DNA of 25,066 nt, taken from contig CAZOYD010000050.1 of the NCBI GenBank assembly GCA_964583985.1, positions 1-25,066 on the forward strand. Direction: 5' to 3'. The notes below the pieces were generated by a model. The model was not told the DNA's origin. It saw only the letters and a list, made by a program, of their open reading frames with translations, and did not search any database. The DNA is from an uncultured archaeon. Lineage in GTDB: Archaea; Asgardarchaeota; Lokiarchaeia; Sigyniarchaeales; SOKP01. Of this stretch, positions 8,638-16,426 are shown piece by piece. Positions within the stretch are counted from its first letter, which is position 1; the number at the start of each line of letters is the position of its first letter. Made by a program: the position numbers and the translations under genes.

Positions 8638-8907
8638 TTAAAATTTTAAGGTAGCTAATGATGCCACATTTAGTTTATATTTAGGAATATTCGTATTGAG
8701 TCTCTTTAATTGATTTTGTTTAGCTAAATTATTTAGAATTCGTCCTATTCTATCTACACGGATATTGATGCCATAATTTTCCTTTAATACCGAATTTATT
8801 TTATATGATGAAAGAATTACCATACTTGAGATGTTTCGTTCACAGAGCATCTCAATCGCTTGTTTTATGTATAATAGTAGTGTTTCTTTATCGTGCTTAT
8901 TATCCAT
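8638..8907 (-). CDS. Small basic protein, probable winged-helix fold
   Basis: Three amphipathic helices (TLLLYIKQAIEML, SSYKINSVLKENYG, VDRIGRILNNLAKQ) followed by a hairpin-like LKRL..PKYKL; fills the gap between neighbours. Fold is inferred. Confidence 0.65.
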   Translation of the reverse strand: MDNKHDKETLLLYIKQAIEMLCERNISSMVILSSYKINSVLKENYGINIRVDRIGRILNNLAKQNQLKRLNTNIPKYKLNVASLATLKF

Positions 8908-9059
8908 CGGTAATATAAAATATCATTCAAACTTTTTAAAAGTTTCATCTTAAACAAATTAAACATTTTTTGGGTTAATTGGGAATTTATTTAAGAAAAA
9001 ATACATTAAATAAAGATAATTTATATCTCTACGTTAATATAAATATACATGGGGTTAAA

Positions 9060-11381
9060 ATGAAAGCACGTGAATACTTATCCCAGTCTAAAAAAAAACT
9101 AAAGCGTTTATCTGATAAAATTTTATATCAAGAGATCACAACTGATAGTCAAGAACCGCCAAAATTTTATTCTTATGGAAGGAAATTTATAGGTTTATAT
9201 GTCTTTTTTCTTTTTTATTCCTTTATCATATTATTTGCCATTAATTATCCTAGACATCCGTTTGTTTTATTTCTAACAATGCAAAATCCTTTTGCATTTG
9301 GTAACGCCATTATTGGACTTTATCTTTCTCTTTCTATTCTATATAGTATAGATCAAGTTCGTAATTTTATGTTTGAAAAAAACACAGTGATTAAACAAAT
9401 AGCACTTTATGGGGCATTGATAAGTGGGTATTTTTTCCTGTTTTCATACATAACCTTTAGTGGTGCAAACATCATGAGTTATCTTTTAGGCTTATCAACA
9501 GTATGGTTAATACTCTTAGGAACTCGTTTTTACATGTATTCCCGTAAATTTGCAACGAAAATTGAAGCTCGTTTTATTACTAAATTTACAGTTACAAGGA
9601 GTGCTGTTGCATTTACAACTCCTTATTTCATATTAGCCGTGTTAGTAATTTTAGCTTTATTTTATCGAAGTTTGCTAGTTTTTTTATCACTTGATTTCTT
9701 TGCTATAGCGGCTCCAATAGAAGCTGTTACTGTATATCTCTTAGAAATGAGATTAGTAATGCCACTTATTTATTTTAGTTTGATTCTAACGTTACTTTTC
9801 ATTCTATTTGAATTCATATTCACACGCAGGAAAGCGGAAACGAAAAGAGCTGGGTTATATGATAACTTTACTTTTTCTTTAATAGTGTTATTTATATTCT
9901 TTTTTCAGTTGCTACAAGTCAGTATATACTTGATAATGCGCGAAGAAACGATTTCTGCTATTAAAACGACTGTGGGTGCAACAAGTGCAACGGTTACTTA
10001 CATTTTTATATTTGAATTTATAATTTCAATGTTCTTCCTTTACCGCATTGTTAAAAAATTAGGCCTTTCAATTGGATGGCGATTATTAATATTTAAAAAA
10101 GACGGTTTAATATTACTGATATTAGGTTGTGTTTTTGCTCAGACACTTTCTCGTTACGCCCTTCAAAATCAAATTCCCTATCAAGGGATTACAGAGATAG
10201 GGCTAATTTTCATGTCAGATAAATATCTTGTATCTATTATCATAATCATTTTTCTTGGTATCACATTATTGATATATTATTTGAAACCCCATGAAACATC
10301 AATGTTTATTAGATTACAGAAAGAAACGGTCTCTGAAAAAGAACAAGACTCAGATATTGTGCTGAAATTAATAAGGAGTGAATATATTCGAAGAGGAGAA
10401 GCATTTCCTATTGATATTTTGGAAAGAGAGTTAATTAAAGCAACAAGACTTCCTAAACAAAGGATTTATGCAATAATCAACACGCTAGCTTATGATAATA
10501 TTGATATAAACATAAGAAATAAGAAGGATGATTTGGGAAGAAATAGAAAATATATTGATTTTGTCTCAGTGACAGAGAAATTTGATCGTAAAGGAGTTGC
10601 TCAAAAGAAAGCAAAAAAGTATCTCAGTCAAAGATTATTTGAAACCATGTCTAAAAGAGAAACATCACTCAAACTGGGAGGGAATTTACAATCCAATGAA
10701 TCATCTAATCAATTCTTGAATTCTTTGTCAACTGACTATACCAAGAAACAAGTAGAAGAAACAAAAATAAAAGAACAACAGGAACAGAGTGCTTTTTCAT
10801 TCGTTCGGAAAGAAATTCCTCAGTCACTAAAGAATAACATAATTCAAACGTTAAAAAAAGAATACACATATAGAGTCGAAAATGCAGATAAATATCAAGA
10901 TTTTCATTTTAGCATATCCGAAATAGCCTCTGAAATTCAAACACAAACTAGGATAACTGTTGGTGAACTCTATCCTATTCTTGAAATTCTCAAGGAATCA
11001 GACATTGAGTTCGAATTGTTGGATAATCCCGAAGAACCCGATGATAAATTAATTAGTTTTTTTCCCATTGCTGATGAAGATTTAAGTTATCAAATATTAA
11101 ATTTTCGTCCTGAAGAATATGCCAAAATAAAAACACGTGTAACAAAACAATTCCTAAAATTCTTTAATCGCAAAAAAGCTAAAGCCACTTTAACCAAACT
11201 TAGGAAAGAAATAATCGATGGGAATGAGGCGAATGACTCTTGGAAACAAATTTTGACAAGATTAGAAAATTACTTCGCAGATTATTCTAGTACTCATTTA
11301 AAACTCATCAACGGTGAAGGTGGAGAGAAAATATTTGAGCAATTTCCTAGAAAAGATATTGATATTTTTGATATTAAATAG
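9060..11381 (+). CDS. Polytopic membrane protein (about 10-11 TM) with a large soluble C-terminal region containing two winged-helix-like repeats
   Basis: Successive hydrophobic segments up to LLIYYLKP, then about 360 aa hydrophilic. Probable start is ATG 9060 after GGGG (track start is TTG 8979). Confidence 0.8.
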   Translation: MKAREYLSQSKKKLKRLSDKILYQEITTDSQEPPKFYSYGRKFIGLYVFFLFYSFIILFAINYPRHPFVLFLTMQNPFAFGNAIIGLYLSLSILYSIDQVRNFMFEKNTVIKQIALYGALISGYFFLFSYITFSGANIMSYLLGLSTVWLILLGTRFYMYSRKFATKIEARFITKFTVTRSAVAFTTPYFILAVLVILALFYRSLLVFLSLDFFAIAAPIEAVTVYLLEMRLVMPLIYFSLILTLLFILFEFIFTRRKAETKRAGLYDNFTFSLIVLFIFFFQLLQVSIYLIMREETISAIKTTVGATSATVTYIFIFEFIISMFFLYRIVKKLGLSIGWRLLIFKKDGLILLILGCVFAQTLSRYALQNQIPYQGITEIGLIFMSDKYLVSIIIIIFLGITLLIYYLKPHETSMFIRLQKETVSEKEQDSDIVLKLIRSEYIRRGEAFPIDILERELIKATRLPKQRIYAIINTLAYDNIDINIRNKKDDLGRNRKYIDFVSVTEKFDRKGVAQKKAKKYLSQRLFETMSKRETSLKLGGNLQSNESSNQFLNSLSTDYTKKQVEETKIKEQQEQSAFSFVRKEIPQSLKNNIIQTLKKEYTYRVENADKYQDFHFSISEIASEIQTQTRITVGELYPILEILKESDIEFELLDNPEEPDDKLISFFPIADEDLSYQILNFRPEEYAKIKTRVTKQFLKFFNRKKAKATLTKLRKEIIDGNEANDSWKQILTRLENYFADYSSTHLKLINGEGGEKIFEQFPRKDIDIFDIK

Positions 11382-11428
11382 CTTGAATGAATAAATAAAG
11401 CATTATTCATTTTGTTTTTTGATATAAA

Positions 11429-12712
11429 GTGGTTAAAATCAAATCTGAATCTTTTTTTTCAAAATCGTTTCTTGGGTTATCATCATTTCAGATGTTAGCC
11501 ATGTTCCGCCGGGGGCTCTTTTACACGTATTTATCAATCTATTTTAGAAGTTTTTTACACTTATCAGTTACAGAGACAACTCTTTATGCCACCCTACCAA
11601 TGATAATGAGCGTGATCTTCCAAAATTTCGTATGGGGACCTTTAAGTGATAAATTGCAAAAACGTCGAACTTTAATCATCCTAGGAGAAGTGTTGGCCGG
11701 AATTGGGACAATTTTAGTTTGGTTTATTCATTATGGAATTTCAAATCTTCTTATTGCTGGTTATGTGATTATCATCGGATTATCGATAATAGAAATCTTT
11801 TGGAGCATGAGTAACATTGCTTGGTCAGCTTTAATTAGTGATATGTACCCTTCTGAGGAACGAAGTAAAATTATGGGAAGACTGACTAGTCTTGGGGGAA
11901 TGGGTCGAATTTTTGGCATTTCTATTGGTGGAATATTATATGATTATGGATTTGGCTTTCGAGATGGTCCGTTATTTTTTTTTGCATCAATGGTCATGTT
12001 TATTTCCACATTTCCCATGCTGTTAACACCTGAGGGAGGAATCCATCATCAAGATCAAGTTGAGATAATTGAAAAGACTGCCGAGATAAATAATCACGGT
12101 AATGGATCTTACAAAAAGGTCTTTATTATATTCATTATTTCCTTGCTCTTCATTAATTTTGGAAGAAATAGTATTTCTGTCCCATATTCTCAATTTCTTG
12201 TTTTACCAACTGGGTTTGCAGTAGATAGCATCATGCTTAGTTGGATTGCAAATACTAGATCGATTTCAGTCCTCTTAATTGGATTTTCAGCGGGTTTTTT
12301 AAGCAAGAAACTGGGCCACTCAAGAACATTAATATTGGGATCATTAATAGCTATATTATCATTAGTATTTACAGCAGTTGCCACTGATTTAAGCATGATA
12401 TTTGTAGGGAGCTTTTTAATGGGGACTGGAGAAGTAATAATATACGCATCATCTTATGCCATTGCTTCTAACTTAATCCCTGAAAAAGTCAGAGCTAAAT
12501 TATTCGGAGCTTACAACACTACCTTTTTTTTGTCGTGGGGTCTTGCGTGCACTTTAATATCTGGACCAATGATAGATGCTTTATTAAAATCAGGTGTTCT
12601 TGAAACATTAGCATATCAAGCATCATTCATTTTAGGAGCGTTGATTACCTTAATGGGTTTAATAATTTTTATATTATTAGAAATTATTATGCGTATTAAG
12701 GAAAAAAGCTAA
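11429..12712 (+). CDS. Major facilitator superfamily transporter
   Basis: About 12 TM in two halves; motif A WGPLSDKLQKRR and AGFLSKKLGHSR; PSEERSKIMG and PEKVRAKLFG. Confidence 0.92.
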   Translation: MVKIKSESFFSKSFLGLSSFQMLAMFRRGLFYTYLSIYFRSFLHLSVTETTLYATLPMIMSVIFQNFVWGPLSDKLQKRRTLIILGEVLAGIGTILVWFIHYGISNLLIAGYVIIIGLSIIEIFWSMSNIAWSALISDMYPSEERSKIMGRLTSLGGMGRIFGISIGGILYDYGFGFRDGPLFFFASMVMFISTFPMLLTPEGGIHHQDQVEIIEKTAEINNHGNGSYKKVFIIFIISLLFINFGRNSISVPYSQFLVLPTGFAVDSIMLSWIANTRSISVLLIGFSAGFLSKKLGHSRTLILGSLIAILSLVFTAVATDLSMIFVGSFLMGTGEVIIYASSYAIASNLIPEKVRAKLFGAYNTTFFLSWGLACTLISGPMIDALLKSGVLETLAYQASFILGALITLMGLIIFILLEIIMRIKEKS

Positions 12713-12739
12713 TTTAAAAAGATAAAATATCATAAACAT

Positions 12740-12760
12740 AAAAAAAATAAATAAAAAAAA
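12740..12760 (-). terminator. Oligo-T tracts downstream of copA (archaeal-type terminator)
   Basis: Two T8 runs on the minus strand, 12-32 nt after the stop, between convergent genes. Confidence 0.45.
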
Positions 12761-12771
12761 TTATTTCTTAA

Positions 12772-15700
12772 TTAAATAACTTGCATTGGTTTACCATGGT
12801 GTTTTGGGATTGGCTGAGTTCCACATGAGGAGCCCATCCAACAAACTAATTGATCATCTTCTTCGTGCATAGGTTTACCACAATGCTTTGGTAAATCTTG
12901 CTCAAAACCACATTCAACACATTTTAATTTTGCCAATTTTTCTTTAACCTCTTTTTTGTTAGATTTAACACTCTCTTCTTTAATTTCAACATATTTATCT
13001 GGTTCTTGCTTAAATTCCATCAAACAGGAGTTACTGCAGAAATAATATTTTTCTCCCTTATACTCATATTCAATCCAATCCTCCGGTTTTCCTTTCATTC
13101 CACAAATTGGATCAGTTACAAGATTTTCTGATGTTGATTGTTTTTGCATTAGTTTAGGATTGATCTTATCAAAATTCATATATTTTTCCGGATTAAGCTT
13201 AAACTCTTTTTCACATCCTGCGCTGCAGAAATAATATTTTTTATCTTTGTATTTGTATTCAATTGATTGGCTTGGGACGATCTCCATGCCACATATTGGA
13301 TCTATTACCCTTTCTTCAGTTAATAACTTAAATTCTTGTATTTGTTGTTTTGTTTTTGGTTCATAGCGTTTCAAGAACAAGGCATTAGTAACCACTGAAA
13401 CAGAGCTAGAAGCCATAAAAACAGCGGCTAAATATGGGAGAAGAAAGTACCCTGTCAAGGTATATAACAGTCCAGCTGCCAATGGAATACCAATAATGTT
13501 ATATATTAATGCCCAGAATAAGTTTGTGATCATTTTTCGATATGTCTTTTTTGATAGATTAATTGCTGCTACCACATTTCTTAAATCTCCTCTCATCAGA
13601 ACAATATCTGCAGTTTCTATCGCCACATCAGTCCCAGAACCTATTGCAATCCCAACATCTGCTTGTGCTAATGCAGGTGCGTCATTTATACCATCTCCTA
13701 CCATAGCGACATGAATGTCTTCAGCAGATTCTTGCAAATTCTTTATAGTAATAGCTTTTTCATTTGGTAATACTTCTGCAAATACATGGTCTTCATCAAA
13801 ATTTAGCTCTTTCCCAATACTCATGGCAGTTTGTCTATTGTCTCCAGTTAACATGTAAATATCTAAGCCTTTTCTTCTTAATTCCTGAAGAGCATATGGA
13901 GTTTGATCTTTTACTTTATCAGAAATTCCTAATATTCCTTTTACTTGATTATTAATACTAATTAAAATTGTTGTTATACCTCTTTGCTGATATTCATTGA
14001 ATTTATCTTTATACTCTTCAATTGAGATATTATTATCTCCAAACAGTTTTTCATTACCCAGATGAACTTTGTTATCAGATATTATCGTAATAATACCTTT
14101 CCCAGGAATCGCTTCGAAATCAATTGGAGAAATTAGTGATAAACCTCTTTGATTTGCTTCTTCAATTATTGACTGTCCAATTGGATGTTCCGAACCCATT
14201 TCAGCACTCCCTGCATAAAAAAGTATATCATTGTCACTCATACCTTCACTTTTTAGGTTCTTTTCGGAATAAATAATAGAGACTTTTGGTTTCCCTACTG
14301 TCAATGTTCCAGTTTTATCAAAAACTATGGTGTTAATATCATTCACAGCCTCTAAAGAGTCTCCTCCCTTCATTAAAATACCGTTTTCTGCTCCTTTTCC
14401 CGTACCAACCATTATTGCGGTTGGAATAGCTAATCCTAAAGCACACGGGCACGATATTACAACAACAGAAGCAAATACAAGTAATGACTTTTCTAATCGT
14501 AATGACGTTTCTAATCCGTTTAGACCAATGAAAAACCAGTAAAGGAATGCACCAATGGCAATAATTACTACTATAGGAACAAAATAGTTACTCACTTTGT
14601 CAGCTAAGCGTTGTCGAGATCCTTTCCGAGCTTGAGCCTCTTTCACAAAATCAATTATCTGAAATAAGAGCGTATCCTTTCCAATCTTTTCAGTAACTAA
14701 CCTAATTAACCCAGTTTGATTTATTGTTGCACCAATAACTTTATCATCGATTGATTTTTTCACATATTTGCTTTCACCTGTAATCATAGATTCATCTATT
14801 TTTGTTTTTCCTTCAATGATCCTTCCATCTACGGGTATTTTCTCTCCGGGTCTAACTATTAGTTGATCACCAATTTCAATTTCCTCAATTGGAATTTCAA
14901 TCTCTTGACCATCTTTAAATAGAGTGGCAGTTTTTGGTTGTAAGCCAATTAGTTTCTTTATTGCTTCAGATGCTTGTCCTTTAGTTTTATGTTCTAAGTA
15001 TTTACCGATCAAGATGAATGCGAAGATCATGCTCATCGCATCATAAAACACGTCTCCAGAGGTAAAGATAAAGGTAGTCAATAAGGAATAAACGTACGCA
15101 GTCGTAGTTCCTAATACGATTAGAACATCCATATTTGTTGATTTGCTTTTTAATGATTTATAAGCCCCTCCTAAGAAAAAAGATCCAGAAATAGCATAGT
15201 TTGCAGTAGAAAGAATTGCTAAAATAAGATTCCGCGTAAAAGTTGGTGGAACTATAAAGTTTATAGGAGAAATTATTGCCGCAAATATTATTGAAATAAT
15301 AAGAAGTCGTAATCGGTATTTCATTTCTTTTTTGTGTTGCTCAAGTTCTTTGTCCACAGCGCTAGCGGCTTTTTCGATTTTATATCCAAAATTTTTCACC
15401 CTTGAGTAAATTTCTTGCTCATCCGATTTCAATTCATTGAATTCAATAAAGAATTTTCTAGCTTCATAGTTACTTCTCACATTATAAATTCCGTCAATCA
15501 TTCTTGTTTTGTTTTCTAAATTTTCAAATTCTTCTTTAGTAACTGTACTAACTACTTTAAGATCCATTTTAGCTAAGTTTCCTTTATATCCTAAATCTTT
15601 AATCGCTTTATTAAAGGTATCATAATTCGTTATATTTGGATCGAATTCTACTGTAGCCTCCTCATTTGCAAAATTTACAACAGAACTAGAAACCCCGTTT

Positions 15701-15789
15701 AAATCCTTTAATTTAGTTTCGATCTTCAAAGCACAGTTCGCACAAGTCATTCCACTGAGTTTAATTTTAACTTTATCTTTAGATTCCAA
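12772..15789 (-). CDS. copA: Copper(I)-translocating P1B-type ATPase with N-terminal HMA, two C-terminal YHS/TRASH domains and a Cys/His tail
   Basis: GMTCANC, TGES, CPC, DKTGT, SEHP, GDGIND; YN and MASSS TM signatures of the P1B-1 class; two DPICGM..YYFCSxxC domains. TTG start preceded by GGTGG. Confidence 0.93.
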   Translation of the reverse strand: MESKDKVKIKLSGMTCANCALKIETKLKDLNGVSSSVVNFANEEATVEFDPNITNYDTFNKAIKDLGYKGNLAKMDLKVVSTVTKEEFENLENKTRMIDGIYNVRSNYEARKFFIEFNELKSDEQEIYSRVKNFGYKIEKAASAVDKELEQHKKEMKYRLRLLIISIIFAAIISPINFIVPPTFTRNLILAILSTANYAISGSFFLGGAYKSLKSKSTNMDVLIVLGTTTAYVYSLLTTFIFTSGDVFYDAMSMIFAFILIGKYLEHKTKGQASEAIKKLIGLQPKTATLFKDGQEIEIPIEEIEIGDQLIVRPGEKIPVDGRIIEGKTKIDESMITGESKYVKKSIDDKVIGATINQTGLIRLVTEKIGKDTLLFQIIDFVKEAQARKGSRQRLADKVSNYFVPIVVIIAIGAFLYWFFIGLNGLETSLRLEKSLLVFASVVVISCPCALGLAIPTAIMVGTGKGAENGILMKGGDSLEAVNDINTIVFDKTGTLTVGKPKVSIIYSEKNLKSEGMSDNDILFYAGSAEMGSEHPIGQSIIEEANQRGLSLISPIDFEAIPGKGIITIISDNKVHLGNEKLFGDNNISIEEYKDKFNEYQQRGITTILISINNQVKGILGISDKVKDQTPYALQELRRKGLDIYMLTGDNRQTAMSIGKELNFDEDHVFAEVLPNEKAITIKNLQESAEDIHVAMVGDGINDAPALAQADVGIAIGSGTDVAIETADIVLMRGDLRNVVAAINLSKKTYRKMITNLFWALIYNIIGIPLAAGLLYTLTGYFLLPYLAAVFMASSSVSVVTNALFLKRYEPKTKQQIQEFKLLTEERVIDPICGMEIVPSQSIEYKYKDKKYYFCSAGCEKEFKLNPEKYMNFDKINPKLMQKQSTSENLVTDPICGMKGKPEDWIEYEYKGEKYYFCSNSCLMEFKQEPDKYVEIKEESVKSNKKEVKEKLAKLKCVECGFEQDLPKHCGKPMHEEDDQLVCWMGSSCGTQPIPKHHGKPMQVI

Positions 15790-15933
15790 ATAAAACCACC
15801 GATTTAAATTTATTATTAAAAAGTATCTAACTACTTTAAAATAGGTATGGATTATAAATTGTAAACGTAAATGCCCAATTTAGTAAAAAGAAGAAGATTT
15901 CAAGATATTAATTAATATATTATTAATATTGTT

Positions 15934-15960
15934 AGAGGAAGTCTTAAAAAGACCTCCTCT
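15934..15960 (-). other. 12-bp stem-loop between iscU and copA
   Basis: Minus-strand RNA AGAGGAGGUCUU-UUU-AAGACUUCCUCU is fully paired with one G.U pair; 40 nt after the iscU stop. Confidence 0.6.
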
Positions 15961-16000
15961 TAAGGTTTAATTTAAAATTCTGATTGAGATTTAAAATAAA

Positions 16001-16384
16001 TTAAGTGTAATAATTTTTCCTATATTTGTCAATAGCGTCACGCAACGCATCAGTCGCGAGATTACTACAATGCAATTTAATAGGAGGTAATCCATCTAAA
16101 GCATCAGCAACATCATTTTTCGTGATATTATATGCTTCGTCAAGTGTTTTACCTTTTGCTAATTCAGTTATCATGGAGGATGTAGCGATTGCAGCTGCAC
16201 AACCAAATGTCTGAAAGCGAATATCTTCGATAATCTCCTTATCATTTTCTTTTTTGACTTTTATATAAATATACATCAAATCTCCACAAACAGGGTTCCC
16301 ATGTTCGCCCACGGCACTTGCATCTTTAAGTTCTCCCATATTTCTTGGTGATTTAAAATGATCCATTACTTTATCAGAATACAT
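16001..16384 (-). CDS. iscU: Fe-S cluster assembly scaffold IscU/NifU-N
   Basis: YSDKVMDHFKSPRNMG, GNPVCGD, FQTFGCAAAIATSS, LPPIKLHC; GAGGCGG SD. Confidence 0.96.
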   Translation of the reverse strand: MYSDKVMDHFKSPRNMGELKDASAVGEHGNPVCGDLMYIYIKVKKENDKEIIEDIRFQTFGCAAAIATSSMITELAKGKTLDEAYNITKNDVADALDGLPPIKLHCSNLATDALRDAIDKYRKNYYT

Positions 16385-16426
16385 GTTTAACCGCCTTCTT
16401 TAAGTATCATCCTATTTATATAAATA

